From NCBI GenBank assembly GCA_040756235.1, contig JBFLZG010000137.1:1-64000 (forward strand): DNA of 64,000 nt. The letters run 5' to 3'. This DNA comes from a bacterium (GTDB lineage Bacteria > Desulfobacterota > DSWW01). The translations under genes were made by a program, and so were the position numbers. Below the pieces are notes generated by a model. The model was not told where the DNA came from and made no database searches. It saw nothing but the letters and a program-made list of their open reading frames with translations. Position 1 is the stretch's first letter. Every line of letters begins with the position of its first letter. This document shows positions 17,790 through 27,800 of the stretch, one piece after another.

Positions 17790-18341
17790 GTGACGGCCAA
17801 CCCCCAGACACCCGGTCAACCCTACGAAAGGAGCCGTCCCGGCCTCCGAAGATGGTACGTGGTGTATACGAAACCGATTTCCGAGGAGGTGGCCAGGCGG
17901 AATCTCGAGAGCAGGGAGATCGAGGTCTTTCTGCCCAAGATCGAGGAGCCTGCCGGGGCGTTCGCCCGAGCGGGTTTCAGAATCGTCCCTATGTTCGCGG
18001 GATATCTGTTCGCTCGCCTTCGTATCCCGGAGGACTTCTACACCGTCATCTGGGCCAGAGGTGTGAAACGGATCATCAGCAATGCGGACGGGCCTCTGCC
18101 CCTGGATGACGGTGTGGTCGACTTTCTCAAAGAGAGGACCGGAGCGAAGGGGTACATCCGGCCTGACTATCGGCTGGACCTCTGTGACAGAGTCCGAGTG
18201 AAGAAAGGACCTTTCGAAGGGCTCCTGGGAGTCGTTCAGGGTTCGATTGACAAACACGGCAGAATCCGGGTTCTCATGGATCTCCTGGGAAGGCGGGCCG
18301 AGGTGCAGTTGCCGTCCTGGCAGGTCGAGAAGACGGCATAG
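17790..18341 (+). CDS. NusG/RfaH/UpxY-family antiterminator
   Basis: WYVVYTKP, PMFAGYLF (NGN domain); VRVKKGPFEGLLG (KOW); first gene of a polysaccharide operon. Confidence 0.9.
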   Translation: MTANPQTPGQPYERSRPGLRRWYVVYTKPISEEVARRNLESREIEVFLPKIEEPAGAFARAGFRIVPMFAGYLFARLRIPEDFYTVIWARGVKRIISNADGPLPLDDGVVDFLKERTGAKGYIRPDYRLDLCDRVRVKKGPFEGLLGVVQGSIDKHGRIRVLMDLLGRRAEVQLPSWQVEKTA

Positions 18342-18562
18342 ACGGCGCCCCGCCTGATGGGCCTCCGGGCCATTTTCGGTGATGGCAGGGGACCTCGTGA
18401 TCGTCTGAAGCGTGGCGGGCCGGGCTGCCCGGCCGAACGCCCTCGGGCGGTACCGAACGCCCGACGATCGCGATCCGATGCGGAGGAGACCACGGCATTG
18501 CGGACCACCCCCGTGGCCTCCGGCGGCGGAGCTTTATCCGGGCGAAGTACAGAGGTACCTTC

Positions 18563-20089
18563 ATGCATGATCCGTCTCTGAACGCCGTGCAGTTGCGCAT
18601 CGCATGGTATGTTCTCCGGAGCTATCGGTGGAAGCTGCTGGCGTTCGTCTGCTCCACGGCTGCCGTGGTCGCCGTCGCTTCGATCCTGGCTACACCCATC
18701 TACAGCGCATCCTCACGGCTGCTCATCAAGCCGGGCCGCGAGGACATGTATGTTTCTCCTGCCGCCGACGCTCCGGCCGTCATGGACCGCACCACCACCC
18801 AGGAGCAGAAGCTGAATTCCGAGATCGAGCTTCTCCGGAGCGCGGTGCTGGCTTCGGAGCTGATTCGGGAGATGACCCCGGAGCGGCTGTATCATTTCCC
18901 CCGGCGCGATCCGCAGGGCCTCGCGGGCGTCCTGGGAGGATGGCCGTCCCGCAACGGGAACCGGGAGATTCCTCCCCCGAAAGACGTGCAAAAAGAGATC
19001 GAGAAGAGCCTCAAATTTGCGATCGCCCCCAAGAGCAACGTGATCAGCATCCGGTTCGAATGGCCGGATGCGGAAATCGCCGCAGAGGCGCTCAACAGGT
19101 TCGTGGATCTCTACCTGACGCACCACTTGAGGGTTCACACCAACCCGGCCACCTATGATCTGCTGAGGAACCAGGCGGAGAAGTGGGACAAGGAGCTCCG
19201 GCGCTCGGAGGCGGAGCTGGACGACCTCAAACGCCGCCATTCCATCACCTCGCTCGCGGACCAGAAGAGAATGCTCCTCGGAAGGCTCTCGGATACGGAT
19301 GCCGAGAAGCAGAGGACGGTGAGCGAAATCAACGAGACCAGGAGGACCGTTGGCGCCCTCGAGTCCCAGTTGGCCGCCATGGATCGGAGCGACGACGTTC
19401 GCCAGACCGTGAGTCAACAGCCGACCGCGCTCGCGGCCCTCAAGGCCAAGTTGTCGGAGCTCGAGCTCCAGGGCCTCAAGGAAGAAGTCCGGCGCGTGAA
19501 GCAGATGATCGCCGAGGAGGAGGGCAGAGGCCAGGTGACGACCGTATCCGGGGAGAACCCGGTCCGCCAGAGCCTGAAGACCGATCTGTTCAAGGCGCGG
19601 GCCCATCTGGGGGCGCTCGAGGCAAAGGCGGCCACCAAGGCCTCCCAGCTCGCGGACTATCGCGGGGAGCTGGAGACGCTCGATCGGATCGAAAAGGAGC
19701 TGAAGGAGCTCGAGCGGCAGGTGGCGATCAATGAAGGCAACTACAAGCTCTGCCTCACGAGGCTCGAGGAAGCCAGGATCACCGAGAGCATGGACCAGCA
19801 GAAGATCTCGAACGTGAGCGTCATCGAGAAGGCCGTTCCTCCGCTCGAGCCGGTCAAGCCGAAGAAGAAATCGAACACGGTGATCGGCGCGTTCCTGGCC
19901 ATGTTTGCGGGGACCGGCCTGATCCTCCTGCTGGAATTCGCCAATCCGGTGTTCCGCACCCGGGAGCACGTGATTCAGGCCCTCGGGGTCCCGGTGCTGG
20001 CCGTCATTCCGAAAATCGACAACACCGCCGGGAGCCTGTCCGGCGATCAACCAGGCAACCAGGAGAGAGGCCGTGGCCGGTGCCGATGA
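18563..20089 (+). CDS. Polysaccharide co-polymerase (GumC / Wzc N-terminal part)
   Basis: TPIYSASSRL, coiled coil, VIEKAVPPLEPVKPK, two TM helices, LGVPVLAVIP. Confidence 0.9.
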   Translation: MHDPSLNAVQLRIAWYVLRSYRWKLLAFVCSTAAVVAVASILATPIYSASSRLLIKPGREDMYVSPAADAPAVMDRTTTQEQKLNSEIELLRSAVLASELIREMTPERLYHFPRRDPQGLAGVLGGWPSRNGNREIPPPKDVQKEIEKSLKFAIAPKSNVISIRFEWPDAEIAAEALNRFVDLYLTHHLRVHTNPATYDLLRNQAEKWDKELRRSEAELDDLKRRHSITSLADQKRMLLGRLSDTDAEKQRTVSEINETRRTVGALESQLAAMDRSDDVRQTVSQQPTALAALKAKLSELELQGLKEEVRRVKQMIAEEEGRGQVTTVSGENPVRQSLKTDLFKARAHLGALEAKAATKASQLADYRGELETLDRIEKELKELERQVAINEGNYKLCLTRLEEARITESMDQQKISNVSVIEKAVPPLEPVKPKKKSNTVIGAFLAMFAGTGLILLLEFANPVFRTREHVIQALGVPVLAVIPKIDNTAGSLSGDQPGNQERGRGRCR

Positions 20090-20819
20090 CCCGGGCGCCC
20101 GTGTGCCCCTGAGAGCTTCGTTCACGCCGAGCGAGTCTTCGCAGGAGAAACCGATCTCCCTCGACGGCCTCGTCATACAACCCGAATCGGTCATCACCGA
20201 ACAGTTGCGCAAGCTCCGGAACACCCTGGCTTATACCGGCGCCGGCGGGCCGATACGTTCCGTGCTGATCACCAGCTGTCTGCCGGGTGAAGGCAAGACG
20301 ACCCTGGCCATCAATCTCTCCGCGGTCATGGCCAGAGGGCTCAAGTCTCCTGTTGTCCTGATCGACGCGGATCTGCGCAGAAAGAGCCTGACCTCCTCCC
20401 TGGGCCTGCGGGACCGGTGCGGCCTTGCGGACCTGCTGAGCGGAAAAGCAGGGGTCGAGGAGGCCCTGGTAAGGACCGAGATCCCCGGCCTGCATGTACT
20501 TCCCGCGGGAACCCATTCAGCGGATCCTGCCGAGCTCATGGTCCCCGCGAAAACGAAAGACCTGCTCGAGCAGCTGGCCAGGCGGCACCAAGACCTGTTC
20601 GTCGTCCTCGATTCCACGCCTCTCGTTTCCACTTCCGAGTCCGGGATGCTGGCTGCGCTGGTCGACGGTGTCCTGCTGGTGGTTCGAGCGGAGAAGACGA
20701 GAAGAGACATCGTCGCCCGGGAGTTCCGGAGCATCGACTCCCGGAAACTGCTGGGCGTGGTGCTCAACGGCGCGGAGTTCGAAGGATCCCAGTACTACCG
20801 AAAGTATTACGATTACTGA
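20073..20819 (+). CDS. CpsD/CapB-family BY-kinase
   Basis: ITSCLPGEGKTT, LIDADLR, VLDSTP, GVVLN, tyrosine cluster YYRKYYDY. Confidence 0.93.
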   Translation: MAGADDPGARVPLRASFTPSESSQEKPISLDGLVIQPESVITEQLRKLRNTLAYTGAGGPIRSVLITSCLPGEGKTTLAINLSAVMARGLKSPVVLIDADLRRKSLTSSLGLRDRCGLADLLSGKAGVEEALVRTEIPGLHVLPAGTHSADPAELMVPAKTKDLLEQLARRHQDLFVVLDSTPLVSTSESGMLAALVDGVLLVVRAEKTRRDIVAREFRSIDSRKLLGVVLNGAEFEGSQYYRKYYDY

Positions 20820-20829
20820 TCCCCCTGTC

Positions 20830-22146
20830 ATGAGAATCAATCTCTTCGGCCTGGGATACGTGGGCTGCGTGTCTGCCGCGTGCCTGGCACGAGACGGGCA
20901 CGAGGTCTGCGGGGTCGACGTCGACCCCGGCAAGGTGGACCTCGTCAACGCTGGGAAGAGCCCGGTCGTGGAGCCCGGTCTCGACGATGCCCTGGCGGAA
21001 GCCCGCCGGGAAGGCCGGCTGCGGGCCCGGTGCAATCGCGCGGACGAGCTGCCCGAAGCGGAGATCTCCATCGTCTGCGTGGGCACTCCGGGCCGCGAAA
21101 ACGGCAGCGTCAACCTGGAGTCGATCCGCAAGGTCGCGGAGCAGATCGGTGCCCAGCTGCGCCGGCGGCCGCAGTATCACGTCGTCTGCATTCGCAGCAC
21201 CACCCTTCCGGGCACGGCGGAAGAGACCGTGCTGCCGATCCTGGAGCGTTCCTCGGGGAAGAAGGCGCCCGACGCGTTCGGCCTGTGCGCGAACCCCGAG
21301 TTCCTGAGGGAGGGCAGCTCGCTGTTCGATTTCTACCATCCGCCCTTCACCCTGATCGGCGAAACGGACCTCAGGGCGGGAAGCGTGATCGCGGCGCTCT
21401 ACGGAAACATCCCCGCGCCCGTGATCCGCACCCGGCTGCGTACGGCGGAAATGGTCAAATACGCCAGCAACGCCTTCCATGCCCTCAAGGTCTGCTTCGC
21501 GAACGAGATCGGCCGATTCTGCAAGAAGCTGGGGATCGACAGCCATGAGATCATGGACATCCTTTGCCGGGACACCAAGCTGAACCTGTCCGCTTCCTAC
21601 CTGAAACCGGGATTCGCCTTCGGCGGCTCGTGCCTTCCGAAAGACCTGCGCGCGCTCCTGCAGAGGGCGAGACAGCTCGATCTGGAGCTGCCGGTCCTGG
21701 CGGCCCTCCTGCCGAGCAACGAGCTGCAGGTCCGGGAAGCTTTCGCGCTCGTGGAAAGGACGGGGAAGAGAAAGATCGGCGTGCTCGGGATGAGCTTCAA
21801 GCCGGGCACCGACGATCTGCGTGAGAGCCCCATGGTCGAGCTGATCGAAAAGCTCATCGGCAAGGGTTACGAAATCGCCATTTACGACCGCGAAGTCTCG
21901 CTGGCAAGGCTCGTCGGTGCCAACAAGAAATACATCGAGCTCGCCATCCCGCACATCGCATCGCTCATGAAAAGCTCCCTGAGCGAGGTGCTGGAACACG
22001 GCGAGGTCATCGTCATCGGGAACAGAACCACGGAGATCGACAACGCCGCCGGTCGACTCGATCCGGGCAAGATCATTCTCGACCTGGTGCGAGCTCCGGA
22101 CGTGATGAGGCGCAAGGATGTCTTCTACCAGGGATTGTGCTGGTAA
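20830..22146 (+). CDS. UDP-glucose/GDP-mannose dehydrogenase (AlgD-like)
   Basis: FGLGYVG, NPEFLREG, FGGSCLPKD, FKPGTDDLRESP, C-terminal QGLCW. Confidence 0.92.
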   Translation: MRINLFGLGYVGCVSAACLARDGHEVCGVDVDPGKVDLVNAGKSPVVEPGLDDALAEARREGRLRARCNRADELPEAEISIVCVGTPGRENGSVNLESIRKVAEQIGAQLRRRPQYHVVCIRSTTLPGTAEETVLPILERSSGKKAPDAFGLCANPEFLREGSSLFDFYHPPFTLIGETDLRAGSVIAALYGNIPAPVIRTRLRTAEMVKYASNAFHALKVCFANEIGRFCKKLGIDSHEIMDILCRDTKLNLSASYLKPGFAFGGSCLPKDLRALLQRARQLDLELPVLAALLPSNELQVREAFALVERTGKRKIGVLGMSFKPGTDDLRESPMVELIEKLIGKGYEIAIYDREVSLARLVGANKKYIELAIPHIASLMKSSLSEVLEHGEVIVIGNRTTEIDNAAGRLDPGKIILDLVRAPDVMRRKDVFYQGLCW

Positions 22147-23407
22147 GATCCTGATGCTGGCAGAAAGCGACTTCCCCCTGGACGGCAGGGTCCGGAACGA
22201 GGCCCTCACCCTGTCACGGGAGGGGTACAAGGTAACGGTGATCTGCGGGAGGTCCAAGGGCCAGATGGCGAGGGAGGTGTTCCGCGGCATCGAGGTCTAC
22301 CGCGTGCCGCGCCTCTCGGTGTTCGACAAGGTCCCCGGGCTGCGTGCGCGGTCGTGGGGCAGGGCCCTGCACCTGGCGCTGGCCGCGGCCGGATATGTCG
22401 TGGAACATGCCTATTTTCCCGCGGTCTGCCTGCTGCTGTCTCCCTACATCCTGCTGCGGCAGGGATTCGACGTCATTCACGCGCACAATCCCCCGGACAC
22501 GCTCTTCGTCGTGGGAGCCTTCTACCGGCTGTTCGGGAAGAAGTTCGTTTTCGATCATCACGACCTCTCTCCCGAGCTCTTCCTCTCCCGGTTCTCGGCC
22601 CGGGACGGGGTGTTGTATCGCGCCCTTCTGCTGCTCGAGAGGCTCTGCGTGGGCAGCGCGAACGCCTGCATCGCGACCAACGAGTCCTATCGGGAGATCG
22701 AGATCGCGCGCGCCAACAAGGACCCGAACGATGTCTTCGTCGTGCGCAACGGGCCCGATCTCGATGCGCTCGAGCGGACTCCCGACGAGAGCCTGCGGCC
22801 GCCCGGCAAGAAACTCCTCGTCTACGTGGGGGTCATGAATCCCCAGGACGGCCTGGAGTATCTGCTGCGGGCCATGCGCTGCCTCGTGGTCGAGCTGGGC
22901 AGAAGCGATTTCCGCTGCGTCCTCGTCGGCACGGGCGATTCGCTCGCTCGTCTGCGGGATCTGTCGGCGGAGCTCGGCCTGGCCGACTGTGTGCAGTTCA
23001 CCGGCTTCATCCCCCGCGAGGAGGTGATGCGCTATCTCGCGACCGCGGACATCTGTCTGGACCCGGACCCTTCGAGCCCCCTCAACGACGTCTCCACGTG
23101 GATCAAGATCATGGAATACATGTCGTTCGGAAAACCGATCGTCAGCTTCGACTTGAAGGAGACGCGGGTTTCCGCGGGGGGCGCGGCAGTGTACGTCGAG
23201 CCGAATGACGAGAAGGCCTTCGCCCGGGCCATCGCCTCCCTGATGGACGACCCGGAGCGGCGCCGTGCCATGGGCGCCTTGGGAGCCCGCAGGGTCGAAC
23301 AAGAGCTCGCGTGGCAGCATGTCTCGCGCAACCTGATCCGCGCGTACCGGTCGATCCTCCCGGCAGGAAGGGCGCGGCGCGCCGACCCGAAACCCTCGCC
23401 CTCGTGA
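22118..23407 (+). CDS. Glycosyltransferase family 4
   Basis: HAHNPPD, FDHHDLSPE, KIMEYMSFGKPIV. Confidence 0.9.
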   Translation: MSSTRDCAGKILMLAESDFPLDGRVRNEALTLSREGYKVTVICGRSKGQMAREVFRGIEVYRVPRLSVFDKVPGLRARSWGRALHLALAAAGYVVEHAYFPAVCLLLSPYILLRQGFDVIHAHNPPDTLFVVGAFYRLFGKKFVFDHHDLSPELFLSRFSARDGVLYRALLLLERLCVGSANACIATNESYREIEIARANKDPNDVFVVRNGPDLDALERTPDESLRPPGKKLLVYVGVMNPQDGLEYLLRAMRCLVVELGRSDFRCVLVGTGDSLARLRDLSAELGLADCVQFTGFIPREEVMRYLATADICLDPDPSSPLNDVSTWIKIMEYMSFGKPIVSFDLKETRVSAGGAAVYVEPNDEKAFARAIASLMDDPERRRAMGALGARRVEQELAWQHVSRNLIRAYRSILPAGRARRADPKPSPS

Positions 23408-24819
23408 GCGTGATGGACCGAGCTGTCTTCTTCTGGCCGCTTATTGCGGCCGTGGCGGCCGTGATCGCCGCATCCTCGCTCCGCACGGCCGCCTACATCA
23501 CCATCGGCTCGATTTTCTTCCCCCTCTACGTCGGCGCCCTGGGAAGAGACGTCGTCACCAGCACGACCCTCTTCATCCTGATCGTGTACGGGAAACACTT
23601 CATCCGATCCTATAACCGGCCGCGATCGGCCCTGGACGTCTTTGTCTTCCTGCTGCTCCTGTCCGGGACTGTCTCGGCCGTCCTCTCGGTGGTTTCCGTG
23701 TACCCGGACGTGTTCCGCATGGGCTACTCGGTCCGGCATTATCTCGGCTTCGCCAGTGCGATTCTGCTCTTTCTCCTGCTCGAGGACAGCGGCCGCGCCG
23801 CGCACGAGCCCGCGGCTGCGAGTCGCGGGCCGCGGGTGAACACGGTCCTCAGCCTGGTGCTCATCCTCACCGCGGTGCACGTCGTGATCTCCATCGGGGT
23901 CAAGTACGTGCCGTCTCTCGGCAGCGCCTTCGCGCTGTTCGTCCCCAAAGGAGAGGTGTTCGACATACCGGGCAGGGGCTCGATCGAACGCATGGGGAGC
24001 TTCGCACTGGGCGGTGCCGAGAACTACGGCGAGCTGCTGGCGGTGCTCGCGCCCATCGTGGTGTACAAGATGTTCTCGGGAAGGCTGTGGTGGGGCCTTT
24101 GTCTCATGCTCTTCGCCCTGGGGGAGATCTTCAGCGTCACCCGGTCCGGGATCCTGCTGATGGCGGCCGGCACGTTCATCGCGATCCTGGTTCACGGGAG
24201 GAGCAACGCCATGCGTTTTGCCGGCCTGGCGTACGTCCTGACCGGAGCGCTCCTCGGCCTCGTCTTCCTGCTTCCGGGCGTCGTGGGCGACATGACGGAA
24301 CGTTTCGGATTGGCCCTGCAGACCTACGACTCCACCGGCGACTTCTTCGAGGCGATCAACCGGGCCGAGCTCCCGCGGCGGTGGGAGGATCTGTGTTCCG
24401 AGCTTTCCCTGTTCGGCCGCGGCTTTGTCCCCACCCCCTTCGGCCACGGACCGGTTCATTTCCACAACCTGGTGCTCACCACCCTGTACCGCCTGGGAGC
24501 AGTCGGGTGTTTCCTGTTCCTGCTCGTGGCCGCCTGGCCGGCAGGCCGGCTGATGCGCCGGCTCGCGGCCGGCAGGCGGATGCATGCGCCTCTGGCCTTC
24601 TCGTGTCTGCTCTCCATGGCGCTCCTGGGCGTGAACGAAATGAAGTTCGAGTTCACCCGGGAGGCCCCCTACCAGCAGCTGATCTGGGCGCTCCTGGGAG
24701 TCTTCGCCAGCATCGGGCAGACGGAAGCTGCTTCGCTTCCGACCGGGGAGGATTCCGAGGGTGCACGGCCCGACGCTGCGGACCGGGCCGGGGCAGCGGC
24801 CGGCGCAGCGCCCGGGTGA
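23404..24819 (+). CDS. Wzy polymerase / O-antigen-ligase-like membrane protein
   Basis: Many hydrophobic helices; SVTRSG, HFHNL..LYRLG; GTGA overlap with the upstream stop. Confidence 0.75.
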   Translation: MSVMDRAVFFWPLIAAVAAVIAASSLRTAAYITIGSIFFPLYVGALGRDVVTSTTLFILIVYGKHFIRSYNRPRSALDVFVFLLLLSGTVSAVLSVVSVYPDVFRMGYSVRHYLGFASAILLFLLLEDSGRAAHEPAAASRGPRVNTVLSLVLILTAVHVVISIGVKYVPSLGSAFALFVPKGEVFDIPGRGSIERMGSFALGGAENYGELLAVLAPIVVYKMFSGRLWWGLCLMLFALGEIFSVTRSGILLMAAGTFIAILVHGRSNAMRFAGLAYVLTGALLGLVFLLPGVVGDMTERFGLALQTYDSTGDFFEAINRAELPRRWEDLCSELSLFGRGFVPTPFGHGPVHFHNLVLTTLYRLGAVGCFLFLLVAAWPAGRLMRRLAAGRRMHAPLAFSCLLSMALLGVNEMKFEFTREAPYQQLIWALLGVFASIGQTEAASLPTGEDSEGARPDAADRAGAAAGAAPG

Positions 24820-24822
24820 GAC

Positions 24823-25764
24823 ATGGTGAGCTACGTCTACATCTGCTCGGCCAGGTACTCCGGAAGCACGCTCCTGGACCTGCTCATCGGAGCGCACTCC
24901 AGGGCGGCCTCGCTGGGCGAGATCTCTCATCTGCCCAAGAACCTGGCGTTGAACACGCCCTGTACGTGCGGAGCCGGGGTGCGGGCGTGCCCGCTGTGGA
25001 CGCAGGTGGCGCGCCGGCTGAGCTCGAGTCTGGGGCGCGACCTCCTCGCCCATCCCTACGCCCTGGATCTGGGATACGTCAGCGCCAGGGTCGTGGTCGA
25101 CCGGCACAGGCAGACACAGATATACGAGCTGCGCAGGACCGCGGCCCACGCCCTCTGGTTCCTGGAGCTCCGATCCGGCTTGCGGCGGCACGGGCCTTCG
25201 CTGATCCCGGCCGTGCGGCATGCCGTCGCCAACAACTGGCTCGTCTATGACGCGGTTCGGGAGATCCTCGACGTGGATCTGGTCGTGGACTCGACCAAGC
25301 ACTACCTGAAGGCGGTGGAGCTCTACAAGGCCAGGCCCGGGCCGTTCCGCATCGTGCTGTTGACCCGCGACGGGCGCGGCGTGCTGCAATCCGGCCTCAA
25401 GAGAGGGGATGAGATCGAGCCGTCGATCCGCGGCTGGAAGAACCACTACCGCCGGGCGCTGCCGCTCATCGCGCGACACGTTCGCCCGGACCACGTGCTG
25501 CGCCTGAAGTATGAGGAGCTGGCGGCTGCGCCTGCCCGGGTGCTCGAGCGCATCTGCTCCTTCCTGGGGGTCGCGTACGAGCCTTCCATGCTGAGCTTCA
25601 CGGCCAAGACCCAGCACATGACCAACGGGAACGAGATGCGGTTCCGCAAGCAGCCCGACATTCGAGCCGATGAATCGTGGCGGACCGAGCTCACGAAATC
25701 GCAGCTCGAACGATTCGACGAGCTCGCCGGAGAGCTGAACCGGGAGCTCGGATACCGGGAGTGA
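24823..25764 (+). CDS. Sulfotransferase
   Basis: 5'-PSB loop SARYSGSTLL, DSTK, LTRDGR, LKYEEL. Confidence 0.85.
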   Translation: MVSYVYICSARYSGSTLLDLLIGAHSRAASLGEISHLPKNLALNTPCTCGAGVRACPLWTQVARRLSSSLGRDLLAHPYALDLGYVSARVVVDRHRQTQIYELRRTAAHALWFLELRSGLRRHGPSLIPAVRHAVANNWLVYDAVREILDVDLVVDSTKHYLKAVELYKARPGPFRIVLLTRDGRGVLQSGLKRGDEIEPSIRGWKNHYRRALPLIARHVRPDHVLRLKYEELAAAPARVLERICSFLGVAYEPSMLSFTAKTQHMTNGNEMRFRKQPDIRADESWRTELTKSQLERFDELAGELNRELGYRE

Positions 25765-25766
25765 GC

Positions 25767-26570
25767 ATGACCGCAAAGCCGGCTGCGGAAATCACGCGCT
25801 GGAAGGATTTTGCCGCCCGGGTGCGCTCCACCGGCCAGCCGCTGCTGCGCAGGCTGGAGGAGTTCCCGAGCTCGATCCTGGTGACCGGGTGCCAGAGGTC
25901 CGGGACCACGATGGTTGCGAGGCTGATCACGAACAGCGACGGCATGACCCGGTACTGGTTCGGCCCCGACGATGAGCTGGACGCGGCGTTGATCCTTTCC
26001 GGCCGGGTGCCGCACCAGCCGAAGGGGCGCTACTGCTTCCAGACCACCTACTTGAACGAGCGCTATTACGAGTACTTCGACATGTCCGACTCTCACAAGG
26101 TCATATGGATCCTGCGCAACCCGTTCTCGGTCGTGCGCTCCATGCTCCATAACTGGAAGGACTTTGCCCTCAACGAGCTGTTCGATGCCTGCGGCACGCC
26201 CTACCTCACGCCCGGGGAATACCGTCGCTATCGGTGGCTGGGGGTGCACGGCGTCAGCCGGCTCGTCAGGGCTTGCTGCGCCTTCCAGGGAAAGGTCTCT
26301 CAGCTTTTCGAGCTGCGCGCCAGGCTGCCTGCCGGAAATCTCCTGATCCTGGAATACGAAGACCTCGTGCGCGAGAGAGAGGCGACACTGGCAGCGCTTT
26401 ATCGCTTCGTGGACCTGCCGTTCCGGCCCGAGTACGGCGCCGAGGTGCGATCGAGCAGCATCGGTCTTGCAAAGCGCCTGTCCAGACGGGAGCGGGCCGC
26501 CATAGCAGACCGCTGCCAAGGGATTTACGAGCAGGCGCTGCCGTTTCGATGGAGGCCGCAAGGACCTTGA
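25767..26570 (+). CDS. Sulfotransferase
   Basis: TGCQRSGTT, ILRNPFSVVRS, LEYEDL. Confidence 0.85.
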   Translation: MTAKPAAEITRWKDFAARVRSTGQPLLRRLEEFPSSILVTGCQRSGTTMVARLITNSDGMTRYWFGPDDELDAALILSGRVPHQPKGRYCFQTTYLNERYYEYFDMSDSHKVIWILRNPFSVVRSMLHNWKDFALNELFDACGTPYLTPGEYRRYRWLGVHGVSRLVRACCAFQGKVSQLFELRARLPAGNLLILEYEDLVREREATLAALYRFVDLPFRPEYGAEVRSSSIGLAKRLSRRERAAIADRCQGIYEQALPFRWRPQGP

Positions 26571-27766
26571 ACTTCCTGTTCGTCTCCAGAGACGAGTACC
26601 CGCCCTACCGCGTGGACGTCGCCGTGCTCTTCGGCGAGGAGATGGTGGCGCGGGGCCACCGGATCGAGTGGATCCTCCAATCCGGAAGCCCGGCGGAGCG
26701 CGCCTACCGGACGGTCTGGCGGTCCTGCCGGGTGTGGGTGGGAGCTGCGGACTACGGCAAGTCGGCGGCCCGCAGGTTGCGGCGGGTCTTGCTCGGGATC
26801 GCCAACGATCTGCGGGTGTTGCGCCTCGTCCGCAGGGGCCGCTACGACTTCATCCAGGTCAAGGACAAGTTCGTTTCGGCCTTGCCGGCCCTGGTCGCGG
26901 CGCGGGCCACCGGCACCCGGTTCTTCTACTGGTTGTCCTATCCCTTCCCGGAGGAAGATCTGCTTGCCGTGAGGGAGGGCGCGGCGCGCTATCCCCGCTA
27001 CCGGCTGGCTCGCGGCATGGTGAGGAAAGCGCTCCTTTACAGGCTCCTGCTGCCGGCGGCGGCCCATGTGTTCGTGCAGAGCGAACAGATGAAGAGCGAC
27101 GTCGCCGCGCACGGCATACCCGCGACCAAGATCACCCCGGTTCCGATGGGGGTCCGGGCGGTGCCGTCCGCGCTTCCGCAGAGCGGAGAGGGCCCTGACG
27201 GTCCTCCCATCGTGCTGTATCTGGGCAGCCTCGATCGGATCCGCAGATTGGACTTCCTGCTGCGCGCCTTCCGCAGCGTCCTGGCGCGGGCGCCGGAGGC
27301 CAGGCTCCACCTGGTCGGGGGCGGGAGCGAGCCCGAGGACGAGGCTTTTCTCAGAGCCGAAGCGCGGCGCCTGGAGATTGCGGAGGCGGTCGACTTCAAG
27401 GGCTTCGTTCCCATGGAGGAGGCGTGGTCCCATGTGCGGCGGGCCGCGGTGTGCGTTTCGCCGTTCCACCCTACGCCGATCCTCAATTCCACGTCCCCGA
27501 CCAAGATGATCGAATACATGGCCATGGGAAAACCGGTGGTGGCCAACGACCACCCGGAGCAACAGCTCGTGCTCGGCCGGAGCGGCGGCGGCCTGTGCGT
27601 GCGGTACGACGAACAGTCCTTTGCCGACGCCATCCTGGAGCTGCTCAACGACCGGGAGAAGGCGGCGGAGATGGGGCGCAGGGGCCGCTTCTGGGTGGAG
27701 CGCTACAGGACCTACAAGGTGATCGCGGATCGGGTCGAAGAGGTCTACTTGAATGCGTGCCGGTGA
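26549..27766 (+). CDS. Glycosyltransferase family 4
   Basis: VPMG, LYLGSL, SPTKMIEYMAMGKPVVA. Confidence 0.88.
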   Translation: MEAARTLNFLFVSRDEYPPYRVDVAVLFGEEMVARGHRIEWILQSGSPAERAYRTVWRSCRVWVGAADYGKSAARRLRRVLLGIANDLRVLRLVRRGRYDFIQVKDKFVSALPALVAARATGTRFFYWLSYPFPEEDLLAVREGAARYPRYRLARGMVRKALLYRLLLPAAAHVFVQSEQMKSDVAAHGIPATKITPVPMGVRAVPSALPQSGEGPDGPPIVLYLGSLDRIRRLDFLLRAFRSVLARAPEARLHLVGGGSEPEDEAFLRAEARRLEIAEAVDFKGFVPMEEAWSHVRRAAVCVSPFHPTPILNSTSPTKMIEYMAMGKPVVANDHPEQQLVLGRSGGGLCVRYDEQSFADAILELLNDREKAAEMGRRGRFWVERYRTYKVIADRVEEVYLNACR

Positions 27767-27800
27767 GGGCACGGCCGAAGCCCGCGGCCAAGGAGATCCG

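Noticed and set aside
18446..18453. ops-like GGCGGTAC downstream of the RfaH paralog
   Set aside because: Only a partial match to GGCGGTAGnnTG and expected by chance at this GC content
23032..25776. 914-aa minus-strand ORF
   Set aside because: Shadow of the GT4/Wzy/sulfotransferase genes; no recognisable domain
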